DNA of 64,000 nt, taken from assembly GCF_009914755.1 (NCBI RefSeq), contig NC_060939.1; one strand, given 5' to 3'. The DNA comes from the human T2T-CHM13v2.0 reference genome, Homo sapiens. Below, one piece after another: positions 1-18,829 of this stretch (its first letter is position 1; each line of letters starts with the position of its first letter). The notes beneath the pieces were generated by a model. It was not told the DNA's origin. It saw only the letters and a program-made list of their open reading frames with translations, and ran no database searches. The translations under genes were made by a program, and so were the position numbers.

Positions 1-528
1 GATGTGAGGTGCTATCTCACTTTGGTTTTGATTTTCATCTCTCTAATCATTAGTGATGTGGAGCATCTTTTCATGGGCTTATTGGCATTTGTATATCTTC
101 TTTGGAAAAATGTCTATTTAAATCCTTTGCCTGTTTTTTTTTGTTGTTGTTGTAGGAGTTCTTTATATAGTTCTTCTATTGACCCTTCATGAGATATATA
201 TAGTTTGAAAATATTTTCTCTCATTTAGTGAGATGCCTGTTCACTGTGTTGATTGTGTATTTTGATGAACAGAAGCTTTTAATTTTGATGTAGAGCAATT
301 TATCTTTATTTTGTTGCCTGTGCTTTTGGTGTTATATATACGAGGAATCATTGTGAAATTTAATATCATGAAGCGTTTTCCATTGTTTTCTCTAAGAGTT
401 TTATAGTTTTAGCTCTTATGTTTAGATCTTTGATCTATTTTGAGTTCCTCTTTGTATACAGTAAGGTAAGGGTTGAACTTTATTCTTTTGCATGCAGACA
501 TTCAGTTTTCTCAATACCATTTATTGAA
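1..528 (-). mobile_element. Old LINE-1 (L1M-type) ORF2 3' fragment, running off the window start
   Basis: Diverged antisense L1 ORF2 motifs (tatctcactttggttttgatt, gagcatcttttcat, gcttttggtgttata, caataccatttattgaa). Confidence 0.8.
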
Positions 529-1633
529 GTAATGTGACTTTCTTAGAGCCACATGGATAGTAGCAGAGATGTGGCCAGAACCCAGGTTCCCTGAATCTAG
601 GTCTTTAGGACTTCCCCTACTGTTGTTTGTTAGTGCTCCATTGCCCCCTGTCTTCAATAACTGAGGCACCACTGTGTTCACACAGAGGTGTGATGGAGTT
701 CACACTCTGAGTGCACCTGCATTTGAAAGGCAGAATTTGTTGTCCCCAATATTTTTGAACAAGGAGGTCATCCAGTGCTCCCTGCCCAACTGGTCATCCA
801 GTTTTGCTTCTACTTCATCATTCCACTGAGTCTGGAAAAGAGGCAAACCCAGCCACAAAAACTTGCCTTCAGAATCACATGTTGTTTATACTTTACTTCA
901 CACACTTTTCCTTATTAAACCACAGGGTTCCTTAAGAACCAAACCTCTTCTTTCAGGAAAAGAAAATGGGCTTGTGCACTGAACTGTACAAATTAAAAAA
1001 TATGAATTATGAAATGATGAATGTGAGAAGTCCAAACTTAGCTAAATTAATTTCTAAACTACATTCTATCTGCTGAGACTCTGATCACGATGCTTATTCA
1101 ATTCATACCTAAATTGCCATCTATTTAATTTTCTTTGCAGGAGTTGGTACTTAGTATACGTCAGAGCAAAATACTAAAAAAAAAATCAATGAGCAAAAAT
1201 ATTTTAAAATCACTTTCAAATGTGTTAAACATTATAAGTTTCATGCAATGTAAACCTGTGTAACTTATGTATACTGAGTCCCATATGGTCCCATCTTTGC
1301 ATGGTGGTGTATTTCAAGAAAGGTGTCTCAGAAACACAACTGAAGGTCATTAAAAGTAATTCCAATCTTTACTTGACAATTGATTAACATTAAAGTGGAT
1401 TCAATTCATAACTTATATTTCTTTCAATTTCTACCTGTCTCTTTCACACTTTGCAACTGCTCCCCAATCAAATGCCCCTCTCAACACCTATCCAATGACT
1501 TTTTCTATTTCATTCTCTTCCCCATCTCCTTCTGGATCCCCCTTTTCTCTCTCAGACATTTTCCTCCTCAAAATTTTACTCATATGCATAATAAAGGGGA
1601 TGGGGATGAACACCTCTTACCACCTTCTCTCTC

Positions 1634-2262
<629 letters not shown>

Positions 2263-3334
2263 AATTTCTTACTTGATTTTGCAGGTTATTTCTTCTGTAT
2301 GAAATAACTACTATAAGAATTGACATGATTTTGGCTTCAGGTTACAAAAAAGGCAGCATGCTTTATTTTACATAAATAAAAAGCCATTTCTGAATATGAA
2401 TGATGTGTTACCATTAAGGCTTCAAAACGAATGAGGACAACAAACTCTATATCTCTGACTGCCTTTCTGCTGTTACTTGCCATGCTACAATTCATACTTT
2501 TTTTCGGTCTTGCAGTCTCCTTTTATTAAAGGGGGAATTAAAAAGAAAGAGGTTGCTTCAACAATGAGGAATTGCTGCTTACATTACTGGAAGTACAGAG
2601 GTAGCCTGATTCTAGCAACTGAATGATGGCCTTGAGCTTGCAGGTGATTTTTCTTTCTTTGACATCCAGTACTACAGGGCACCTTCTGTGCCCTGCCTCA
2701 TAGCCCCTCAGTCTACCTTTAATCTAGCAATTGGTGCAGGAATCAGCTCTGCCCAGGTGCATCAGCACCTTGCCTCAGCTGCACAGCATAGTTTTCACTT
2801 TCTGCTCCAGGGCTCTTCTGCTAGCAGATGTGTCTTCTAGGAAACAAGTGGGGGACCAGCTGGACCCTTGTGCACAAGCAAACCTACAAAAATTGGTCCC
2901 AAAAAGTCCATGAGATCATGCTGAAGGAAGAACTACTCTTGGAGGCACTCTTCCTCTTCTCCTGGATGTGAAAGAGGAAGCAAATAGCCCCATAATATGG
3001 TTTGCCTGTGTCTCCACCCAAATCTCATCTTGAATTTTAGCCAAGGGGCACTGAAATTACTTACTGGAATTACTGCAATTACTGAGATGGTTAATTTTAG
3101 GTCAGTCACGAACCATTCATGAGGTTCATATCTTTTCTAAACTTTTTTAAAGTTCACAGTTGCTGAGAGAGACTGGATTGCATGCTGGGGAATCAACCAC
3201 AATGTCCATTGCACTCTTCTATTCCTGATTTCTTCTTTCATCTTTCTTCAAGACACCCTTAAAACATCACCTGTTCTGTGAAGACTTCTGTGAGGCAGGC
3301 TTATCTTCTCTGTGCTTCATCTGAACTTATGTGA

Positions 3335-3595
3335 GGTAGTGGTTTTGAAAGTATGGGCACTGGAGCCCATTTGCCCAACTTCCTAGCTGTGTGACATTGG
3401 GAAGCTTGTTTAACCTCATTGTACATCAGTAGTTTCATAAGTAAAAAAGGTATTGACTTTATTTTCTTTATTTTTTTTTCTTTGTTTTTAGATTGGGAAA
3501 AAGGTACTTACTTTAGAGTGTTGCTGTGGAGATTAAACACGTAGAATGTATAAGTGGTTCAGAACAGTGCCTGGTGCATAGCAAGTGCTCAATGT
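3335..3595 (+). mobile_element. MIR
   Basis: MIR core ctagctgtgtgac...ttaacctc and 3' end agaacagtgcctggtgcatagcaagtgctcaat. Confidence 0.75.
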
Positions 3596-4121
3596 GTCTG
3601 TTACAGGATTTCACTTCTAGTCATTTTTGTGTTTCCAGTGCCTGAAGTGAATAAAGGTCTGTTAAATGAATGAACAAGTAGTACAGAGAATACATAAATA
3701 TCTGGAAGGGAGAGATTGCTATGAGGAACTGGGGGACAGAAGAGGGTGGTCTGAGCATGTTTATTGGAGGATATGGAATCTGAGTAGAAATTTGAAGGAT
3801 AAATTGGCCTTTTCCAGGGTTGAGGATCAAAAACAGTACTAGAATGAGGAAGTGTGTGTAAAGACACAGAACAGAAAATAAGCGCAGAGCATTTGAGAGA
3901 ATAGAGCAATGTGGCTAGAATGGAAGGAGTGGGAATGGAAATGAGGAGGGATAAGACAGGACAGTTAAGTTGGAACCAAACTGAGGAGGAACCAAGCCTA
4001 TGTGAATAGGAGAAGGATAATTTTGTGGAAAGAGGTCAGGCTTCAGAACTATACCATGATTTGGACTCTCGTCCCCATCACTTACTGGTTGTCTGGCCTT
4101 AAAATCACTTGACCACTCTAA

Positions 4122-4423
<302 letters not shown>

Positions 4424-5025
4424 GAGACTTCTATCTATGAATTCATACACAGTGAAAAATATCCTTCAAAAATAATGGTAAAATAGAGACATCTGAAGTC
4501 AAACAAAAGCTGAGAATATTAGTCCCTAGTGGACCTGCACTACAAGAAATACTAAAAGGAGCTGTGTACTAGCTGAAATAAAAGGATCTCAGAAGCACAG
4601 AACTTCAGGAAAGAATGAAGACCACCATAAATGGGACATATGCAATTCAATATAGAAGGATATTGACTTTTAACGGGTTTATAGTGTTATAAACTAAGTA
4701 AAATATATGAAAATAGTAGCACAGAAGTCAGGAAGAGACAAATGTAGTTTAATTTTTGCAAGGTTTTTGCATTGTTTGGGAAGTAATAAGAGTAATAAGG
4801 TTAACTTAAAGTTGTTAGAGTTGCACTGTAAAATCTCTAGAGTATCCAAATATTATTAAAATAGAAAAAGGGAAAGGTAAAAAGCAAATAGAGGAGATAT
4901 ACTGATTTAAGTTTTAAATCTTTAAATAAGAAAGAAAGGATACTAATCTACCAAAAAAAGATAAGTGAGAGAATACTTCTTGGCCCATTTTATGAGGCCA
5001 GTAAACTCTGATACAAAAATGTGAT

Positions 5026-5338
5026 AGAGAAAGGTCGGGTTACCCACAAAGGGAAGCCCATCAGACTAACAGCTGATCTCTCGGCAGAAACTCTACAAGC
5101 CAGAAGAGAGTGGGGACCAATATTCAACATTCTTAAAGAAAAGAATTTTCAACCCAGAATTTCATATCCAGCCAAACTAAGCTTCATAAGTGAAGGAGAA
5201 ATAAAATACTTTACAGACAAGCAAATGCTGAGAGATTTTGTCACCACCAGGCCTGCCCTGAAAGAGCTCCTGAAGGAAGCACTAAACATGGAAAGGAACA
5301 ACCAGTACCAGCCACTGCAAAAACATGCCAAATTGTAA
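5026..5338 (+). pseudogene. L1 ORF1p C-terminal fragment (5' truncated)
   Basis: Translation EKGRVTHKGKPIRLTADLSAETLQARREW...KHAKL is the LINE-1 ORF1p C-terminal domain. Confidence 0.95.
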
Positions 5339-5386
5339 AGACCATCGAGGCTAGGAAGAAACTGCATCAACTAATGAGCAAAATAA

Positions 5387-9219
<3,833 letters not shown>

Positions 9220-9723
9220 ACAATGATAAGACATGGACACAGGAAGGGGAACATCACACACTGGGGACTGTTGTGGGGTGGGGGGAGGGGGGAGGGATAG
9301 CAGTAGGAGACATACCTAATGTTAAATGACGAGTTAATGGGTGCAGCACACCAACATGGCACAGGTATACATATGTAACAAACCTGCACATTGTGCACAT
9401 GTACCCTAAAACTTGAAGTATAATAAAAAAATGTGATAGGGACACTAGAAGAAATATTACATGCTAATCTCTAATATTAAACAAAATATTATCAAATCAA
9501 ATGCAATGATAATAAAAATATTACACCATGACAAAATGGGGTTTATTTGAGAAATGTAAGGTTGGTTTAACATTCAAAAGTCATTCAAGGTAATTTTCTA
9601 TATTAATCAAATGAAAGAAAAAAATACATATGGTCATCTCAGTAGATGCAAAAAAATGACAAAATTTAACACCCATTTATTATATATTTCATAGCAATCT
9701 AACAGAAGAGGGAAGCTTTTAAA

Positions 9724-10299
9724 TATAAAGATTAGAAATATCTCCCCAAAATATACCACTTTGGCATAAGGCTTATCTTGAGCTAAAGACAATTGGGGAA
9801 AAGCAGATACAAGAAAAACTCTCTGTCCTTTCCCTATTTTCCTAAAAGCAGGGCATACATATACATGAAAGTCTCCCCTCCACTCTCAACCAAGAACGCT
9901 AAAAGTAAATCACCAGATAGAAATGACTTTAGACCCTTATCAGCCTGGAGACAGCAGCAGAACATCTACATAACATGCTTAACTAGCATTTATCTACCAT
10001 TAGTTTCCTGTATATTTGGCTTCCTACAATTTCCTAAATTGTAGGAGACTCAAAGTCCTTTTCTTTTGTCTTGTCACTTCTCTAAAAATTTATTATTCTT
10101 TGTTGAAGATGTTGTATAAGATGGAGTTTGAAGCTATCTCTGTGAGAATTACTTATTTTCTGGGTATCCTCCAGGCATATGTAAGATATACATGTTAATA
10201 AACTTGTTTGGTTTTCTCTTGTTAATCTGTATTTTGTTTCAGAAGCCCCAGCCAAACATTTTAGAAGGGTAGAAGGGAACTTATTTTTCCTCCCCTATA
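9724..10299 (+). mobile_element. ERV1 solo LTR, MER34-family-like
   Basis: Start ccccaaaatataccactttggcataagg...ttgagct, AATAAA, end gaagggaacttatttttcctcccctata; L1ME sequence resumes after it. Confidence 0.7.
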
Positions 10300-10476
10300 C
10301 ACCTATGGTTAGCATCATACTTATTAGTAAGAGTGCTTTCCCTCTGAAGTTATGACTAAGACATGCTGTTCATTATTACCACGTTTACAGTTAACATCAT
10401 ACATAACAGTATGAAGATGCCCCATTCCCCAAATTTGAGAGTTAGACAATGATGCCCGGTGTCATCACTTTTATGA

Positions 10477-10914
<438 letters not shown>

Positions 10915-12357
10915 TATACAAGCTGTAAAAATTAATAAGTGAATTTAGCAATTAAAAGGATATAAAATATAAGAACAATATATTGAAATAAGTTTTATTT
11001 TGATACTGATATAAGGTCAATCTAAAATTAATTGTATTTTTGTATACTAGCAATAAGATTAAAAATGAAGTTATAGTACTATTTACAATAGAATGAAAAC
11101 ATCAAAGATTTAAGCATGATACAACAAAACATAGGCAAGATCTATTCATTGAAATCTAGAAAGTATTTCTGAGTGACATTAAAGAAGACAAAATAAGTAG
11201 AGAGATATAAAATGTAAAATTATTGGGGGACAGTATTGCTAAGGTGTTCATTCTCACCAAATTGATCTATAGATATAAGGCAATGCCAATCAAAATCCCA
11301 CCAGGGATTGTGTGCATAATTTGACAAGTTGATTCTAAAATTCTTGTGGAAAAGTTAAGGACCCGAAAGAACCAAGACAACTTGGAAGAAGAAAAAAGGT
11401 GGGCAAACATGATCAGATTTCTAGACTTATAATAAAGGTAACTAAGACAGTGTAGTGTTGGTGTAAGTATAGGTACACAGACCAGTGAAACAGAATGAAG
11501 AGTCTAGAAATAGATGCACATATAGATGGTCACTTGACTTATAACAAAGATGCTATTGCAAGCTAATTCATAAAGAATGATCTTTTCCACAGTGGTTTTG
11601 GAGCAACTGCTATCTTGAAATAAAAGTAAAATTTCAGCCTACCTTATCCCATGCACAAATAGAAAATAAACTAAAATGTAAAGGGTAAAACAAAGGCTTG
11701 TAGAAGGAAAGAAACACCAGACAATAGATGCCCAACCCTGAGACAAAGAAAGATTTGTTAAACAAAACACACAAAAGCATTTGTCTTTTAATCACAAAAG
11801 AAAAAATTAATGTTGTGTGTCATTAAAATTAAGACAATAAAAATATAAGCCCCAAACACGGAGAAGATATTAAAATTACTATATCCAACCAAGGATTTAT
11901 ACCTAAAACAGAGAGAGTGCCTACAGATCAATAAGAAAAAGACAGAAAACCCAATGAATTGGTCAAAAGACTTGAAACTTTACAAAAGAATATCCAAATG
12001 GCCAATAAGCATAAGAAATTGCTCAACATTAGTAATAATCAAGAAACACACATTAAAACTATATCAAAGTTTTAACTTCAATGTAATTTACACTACACAC
12101 AAGAATGGCTAAAATTAAAAGCACTGATAATGCCAAGTTATGGCAAAGAAATAGAACATCTGGAATTCTCAAATATTGCAGATGGGACTAGGACTGTAAA
12201 TTGGCACAACCACTTTGGAAAACTGTTTGGTAGTACTGTATCTACTAAGGCAAAGTACTGTATCTATTTACTAAGGCAAAAACAGGCATTTACCTTGTGA
12301 CCCAGCAACTCTATTCCTAGTTTCATATTCAAAAGAAAAGAGCACATATGTCTATCA

Positions 12358-12900
<543 letters not shown>

Positions 12901-13099
12901 CTATATATATACTGTATGACTCCATTCATGAGTAGTTCAAGAGCAGGTGATACTAATTGCTGCTGAAAAGGGTCAGAGTGGTGGTTACACCTAGGTGGAG
13001 GGTGACTGGTATTGCCTGGGAAAGAGCATAAAGAGACCCCTTGATGCCAGGACTGTTTGCCACCTTAATCTGGATGGTGGCTATAGCAATAGATATTAA

Positions 13100-13960
13100 G
13101 CAGATACGATATTCTGGGTCCCTGTCCATATGAGGCAGACAACAGAGGCGTGCGTTCCTACAGCTTACATTCTCTTATGGAAGCCGGACAACAACTTTAG
13201 TAAGGCGTTGGGTGCTGTAGTAGAGGAACTAATGGTAGCTCTGGGCACATGGAGCAGGGAGAATTCAGGTATTTCAGGAATGAGGGAAGACTTCTTTGAG
13301 GAAGAGATGGCTCAGCTGAGAATAAGGCTTTAGGCAGAGGTAAGAGGAATGGGAGGAGGAGAACATTCCAAGCAGAGGGAACAGTATGTGCAAAGACCTA
13401 GAGGTGAAAGAGTGAGGCACGTCCAAGGAATTAGAAGTTCCATATGGCCAGAGTACAGGGGAAAAGATGAGGGTGGAGGGGTGAGGCTGTGGGGGGTTAG
13501 CAAGGGTTTGCTTTCCAGCACTAAATGTGATGTGTTAGGCTGGCGCTGTAGCGCGAGCCTGCATCCCAGCTTGGGAGGCTGAGGCAGGCGGATCACTTGA
13601 GCTCAGGAGTTCCAGACCAGCCTGGAGAACAGAGTGAGACTTCTACTCTACAAAACGTTTAACAATTGGCCAGGAGTGGTGGCGCATGCCTGTAGTCCCA
13701 GCTACTTGAGAGGCTGAGGCAGGAGGATTGCTTGAGCTGCGGAGGTTGAGGCTGTGATCCAGCCACTGCACCACAGCTTGGGCAACAGAGCCAGACCCTG
13801 TCTCAAAAAAAAAAAAAAAAAAAAAAAATGTTTCGGATTTTTCAAGGACACTGGGAAGCCATCACATGGTTTTAGGTAGGAAAGAGTCAAGATCAGATTT
13901 ACATGTTGAGAAATGACTCCAGGAGCCTGAGAAGTTGAAGTCCTTGCGGGTGGTCCAGGT
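13100..13960 (-). mobile_element. L2 fragment interrupted by AluJ
   Basis: Antisense L2 motifs acattccaagcagagggaacagtatgtgcaaagacc and gggaagccat...atcagattt. Confidence 0.7.
13538..13828 (+). mobile_element. AluJ
   Basis: Alu dimer with J diagnostics (ttgagctcaggag, gaggattgcttgagc) and A tail. Confidence 0.9.
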
Positions 13961-14399
13961 GCGAGTCGGCGGAGGCCCCAGCCAGGGAAGAGGCAGGGAG
14001 CTGGAGCGCAGGTCATTGACGGCAGCGAGAGTGGGGAGTCCAGCTGAAGACCTCATGATGGAGGATGTGCTCCATGGAGAAGAGGGGGAAGGCTCTTCCA
14101 GAACTGGCCTTCATTTTAGCCCTGTTAGGAAAGGAACGTAGCTTCGGATCCTAGAGGGGCCAGGCACCTGCAGTGTTGTGCTGTTTGAGTCCGCATCCGA
14201 ATTTCCAGTGTCCTTTCCTTGCTCCTTACTTGCTCCTAGAAGGAGCCCTATGCTCCTAAAGAGTCTTTCGGTGCTGAGCCTTGGCAGTTTAGTTTGCTGA
14301 ACTCTCGTCAGTGGAGTTAGTGGGTGGTGGTTTGGAAGGAGGGAGACAGAGGTGGAGGGCTTGTTTGAATGCACCAAGCCTTGCAGGCTTTCCTCCTCC

Positions 14400-15350
14400 C
14401 CGCGCTGGCCGGGTAGGTTCTCTTCAGTTCCTGATGAGGCAAACGAGAACAAAGCAGTCGAACAGCACCATGATCGACGATACTTTGGGGGCGGCGTGAT
14501 CAGAGGATTCCCCTTCCCGGGAACTTGCGTCTAGTCCTCTGACGCATCCTAGTTCGGAGTGGGTGGAAGGGCATGTGGAGTCCACAGCGCCCCCTCGCCC
14601 TAGGCGGGGTGGAGACAGCGAGACGACGCCCATGATCAGCTGGTTACAAAACTCGAGGAATAAGAAGTTTAATATTTATTGGTCTGCAAATCCGGAGACC
14701 TTGCGGCCTCACTGGTCCTCCTTCCCTCTGAGCTATCTCCACACCCAGCCTTCGATCAGAAGGAGATTTAGAAGCAGAGCTGCCCGCAGCGAATACTTTT
14801 AATGCCCGGGCCGGGAAGAAAGCGGGTTAGGATCTGATCCCGCTGAGTAGAGGACCCAGGAGCCTCCCGCCCCGCGTGCTCTGTAGCGCGGGGGCGCGCT
14901 GCGCGCTGCGCCTGGGCGGCTGGCGGCGGCGGCGTGGGCGCGGTGATGCAGGTGTGACACCCGCCGGCGCCTGCCTCCGCCCGGATCGCCCAGCTCCGCG
15001 TTAGCCGGAGCTGCACGCGGGGCTGCCGGGGCGGACGCTGCTCTGCCTGCATCCGGAGGCGGCCGCCAGCGGATTTGCCACCCAGGTAGGGGACTGCGTT
15101 GCTCGCTGCGGTGCAACCGACCCAGCCGGGGCGCGGACCCCGCGTGCGCCAGGGCTCCCAGACTCGCCTGCCTGGGCTGAAATATACACGCTCGCACAGC
15201 TGAGTGCTGTTCATAGTAAATGGCACAAAAGATCGGAGAGTCTTGAAAAACCGGCGCAGAAAAGCAAGGACTTGCCCGCTGCCTGGAGCTGTGCGCTTCT
15301 TTGAAAGCGGCCTCCCCAAGGGCTGTTTTAAAACCCTGTTTGAACTATTA
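14400..15350. promoter_or_regulatory. CpG island / promoter (core ~14780-15170)
   Basis: Only long CpG-dense, very GC-rich, repeat-free stretch in the window; GC box ctcccgccccgc at ~14864; short (GGC)n run. Confidence 0.9.
14850..15085 (+). other. Probable non-coding first exon of an unidentified + strand gene (start approximate)
   Basis: CAG|GTAGGG donor at 15085/15086 near the 3' edge of the island core, with GC decaying into intron-like sequence; inference only. Confidence 0.5.
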
Positions 15351-17009
15351 GCGCCATAAGTAGTTTTGCAACTTATAAATGTCAGGCTGCTGGCATTTAT
15401 AGCTCCGTTTCCATAAGCTTCCTAGCCGCTGCTTTTAGTTTCAGTTACATTCTAGTAGATAGATTTTGTTATTGTTGTTGGCTTGTTCTTAAAGAACAGA
15501 ATTCAAACGTGCTTACACCTGGTGGCTCTTGGGGTTTGTGAGTGTGTATTTCTGTATGTGCAGGGCGCCCTCCGTGGGCGTGGGAGCCGTTTCTTAGGGA
15601 CACAGAAGGATTTGTTTATGGACGGGTTTTAGCGCAAGGGAAAGAAAATGACTTGTTTTGCAGGGATGGGCTAGCAAATGCGTTTAGCCAGGGAGGAGCA
15701 AGGCACCGCTGTGTCTTCGGCAGACGGGTGGTAGAAATCTCTGCTGTCCAGGGTTCAGCAGGGCTGATGAAATACACTCCTTTATCCGGAAATTACAGAT
15801 GCAAATTACTCCGTTTAAGGGTAACTTAACGTTGGTGTCTTGGGCTCTGATAAGAGCAGCCCCAGTGGGGTGGGGTGGGACGCTGGGGGAATGCTTGCTG
15901 GCTTTCTAGCCCTTGGGGAGGTGAATGTGGGTGGCTTTGGGGCTCAGAGAGTGGCAGGTGAGGGGTAAGGAGGGTGCATGAGGGAGGACTGGGCACTGTA
16001 GTCGGCTCAGCGGTGGTTCTGGTCTATGCTGGTCTCCTCTGTGTTTCTGCTTCCTGCCCTTTCCAGAAGAGGTGACTTGTTCTGCTTGTTCCAGTTGGTG
16101 CAGTAGGTACAGGCTCGTTCTGCATCTTTCTTGAGTCAGCAAATACTTACTGAGCACTTAGTATTTGTCAGAGATGGGATTAGTCCTTGGGGATGCAGAG
16201 ATGATGATAACAATGTCCTGGCTCCCTGAGGTTCACACCTGGTAGGGGGAGAAGCACTCGTAATCAGGAGGTGGATAAGTTCATGATGGTGTTGGAAAAG
16301 AGCAGTGAGAGCAGAGAGGAGGAGGAAATTGATAGTGGCAGTGATTAGTATAAAAATGAAGCCCTCATGGATTAGGCATGGCGTGGATTTCAGCAGGGAC
16401 TGGGTCGCTCTCTTGGTTCTTCGGTCCGGGAGTGACCCACATGACTCTCCCACACCATTGCCATCACTGCCAGTGGGTGGGCAGAGCTTTACAAGTCTCG
16501 GCTGGGCTGGTATTTGCAGTATGTGACTAGACCCCAGTAGACACAGGCTGACACCCAGAGAGGAGCACACACAATACAAGTCAGACTTTAATTTTTTCCT
16601 TTTTTAATGAATGGTTTTCCTGAATTCCAGGACTATGAAGGTTTTGAAGCAACACTTCACAAAGGCAGGGACTCTGGAAAATTCTGAGGGAGTTTCAGAG
16701 CAGATGAACTTCTGTCTGCTTCTCCCTGGGTCCCCGACCTATCTGTTCTTGTCCCAGCCCAGTTCGAAAGGAAAACTCTCCCTTGATTTTCCCTAAATGG
16801 GTGGAATAAGGGAAAACTAAAGCTGTTACTACCAGTCTTTTCTGGGAGATGAAAATCCAATCTCAAGGATGTTTCTTCCTGGACCAAAGCTGTGATGGGT
16901 GAAGAAAAATGATAGAATGAAAAGCTCTTGTGTTATGTATTTGCCAGAGATGTGTGTTACATGCGCCTACATCATCATTAAGGTATTTGAAAAGCAGCGT
17001 GCACTACAA

Positions 17010-17225
17010 GAAGCATGAGCGTGGATGCTCAAACAGACCTAGGTGAGTGTCTTGGGCAAGTTACTCAGCCCCTCTTTGAGCATTAGTTTCCTGATCTGTA
17101 AAATGGAGACAGTAATAGGATTCTTATAATAATTAAAGAAAAGATACTTTAAAATATTTACTCATTGTTACCCGATCATCATATATAACTTGCCTGGCAC
17201 AAAGTAGGTGCTCAAGAAATGGCAG
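17010..17225 (+). mobile_element. MIR
   Basis: cttgggcaagttactcagcccctc...tttcctgatctgtaaaatgg; gcctggcacaaagtaggtgctcaa. Confidence 0.75.
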
Positions 17226-17750
17226 TTCATTCATTAAGTTCCTACTATGTGTCAGCCATTGCTCTATGTGTGGAGAATACAGACAAAAACAACCAAAAAA
17301 GCCCTCTCTCAAGGAGCTTAAATTAATGAGAGAGTGTGTGTATGTGTGTGTGTGTAAGATGATGGACAAATAAATAAGTATAGAGTGTATCAGCTAATGA
17401 GACACTGTAATGGAGAAAAATAAAGCTGGCTGAGAGGACTGGGGAGTGCTGCCAGAGGGCAGGGTGGGGCTTGTTATTTATTTTTATACAGCTTGGCCAG
17501 GGAAGGCTTTTTGGTAAATGACATTTGACCAGACATCTGGGAAAGTGAGGGAGGAAGCCAGGGATTCTGGTAAATGACATTTTACCAGACATCTGGGGAA
17601 GTGAGGGAGGAAGCCAGAGGTTGCAGGCAGCACCTGCAAAACCCTGAGATAGGAGAGAGGTGTGTTCCCAAGAGACCCAGAAAGGAGGCCGCGGAAGCTG
17701 CTGTTGAGTCAGACACCCGGGACAGCAGTAGGACCTGAGGTCATAGGGGC
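17226..17750 (-). mobile_element. L2 fragment containing a 56-bp tandem duplication
   Basis: ttcattcatt start, tatgtgtcagcc, ctctcaaggagctt, tgacatttgaccagac motifs. Confidence 0.65.
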
Positions 17751-18829
17751 AACACGGCAGGTATTTGAGATATTGCCTCTTAGGATTCCTATTTGTCACT
17801 ATGATGTATGTGCTGAGTTATTGTTTAAGGAACTGGATGAAATCCTAAACTCTGTGTTTAGAAGAAGGTTGGTTGGTAGATATAAGTACTTGTGGTCATT
17901 CAGAGCATAAACGAATGCAGGAAGCAGAAAGCATAGGTCTTTGCAAGGCAACAGGAAGCACAGGAATTAAGGACACTGTGGAACGCAACATTCAGATTTC
18001 TCCCATCCGGATGGAGGACTGTGTTTGTGCTTCTTTTGAATCTTAGTATTATGATTTTTTGTTTCCTTTCCCCCACACTAAAAGAAAAGGTCATCTTTAG
18101 CAAACAGGCCAGCAGTCCTTGCTAGATATTCTTTTTTCTTTGAGAATGAGAAGAGTTTCTATGATCATGGAAAAGTGTTGGGATCATCTGGAAATATGCT
18201 GACCTTCAGTGTACCATGAAATGCATTTACATAATATCATATGGCAAATTTATTTAAAGCCTCTATCTTATAGGCTTAACATAAAGATCAGTTTGCTGCT
18301 CTGCCCTTTGGAAACTTTATTCCTCTAGAGAAAACATGGTTTGGGCATTTGAGAGCCTCATCACTCAGCTGTCCTTGGTGCAGAAGGGCTACTGCAGTGT
18401 GTTCCATGGCCAGAAATGGGGCTGGATGCCTGAGAACCTAGTCAAAGTTTCTGTGAAATAGAATGAGGTGAGGCTGGGTCAAGGTCAGAGAGTCTGGCTG
18501 GGTGTCCCCGAGTCCACCTCAGAAGGCAACATTTACTTCTGTGAATTTCCCCCATCCAATATCTGGCTTTTAGTATTGCTGCCTCAGAAACCTGATCTGT
18601 CTTTCCGGGCCACGTCACAGTGACCTTGTTCACCTGCATGCCAGCTTATTGATTTGCAGTGGTTGAGACACTGTGTGGCTTGGCTAGTGGGTCTTCTTCC
18701 TGCAGACCCCTGTCATAACAGCCAAATCACAAGGAGAAGATCTCCTGAAGCACATTATTCAGAGCAAAGCAGCTTAGATGCGTACCCTAGGGACTGATTA
18801 CATGCTTTAGGGCCAACCTTGCCAACGGG

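Noticed and set aside
2995-3085. THE1/MST-like 45-bp start followed by 9-bp aattactg repeats
   Set aside because: Too short to call as an element; ordinary slippage repeat
12232-12279. 22-26-bp tandem duplication in the L1ME; similar short duplications near 30417, 34705 and 56658
   Set aside because: Two or three adjacent copies with no unique spacers; common slippage events, not CRISPR-like
14415-14455. CTGATGAG inside a GTTCTC/GAGAAC stem, resembling a hammerhead ribozyme core
   Set aside because: No stem II followed by GAAA, and no stem III/NUH cleavage triplet in the required arrangement
14585-14602. CTCF-like GAGGGGGCGCTG on the minus strand
   Set aside because: The conserved 5' CC of the core is replaced by GG; too weak without ChIP data
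14780-15090. Naming the host gene
   Set aside because: No coding exon in the window and I do not reliably recognise the 5' UTR; needs BLAT
14768-15319. 183-aa and 132-aa minus-strand ORFs over the CpG island
   Set aside because: Non-ATG starts and R/A/P/G-biased composition typical of stop-poor GC-rich DNA; no recognisable domain
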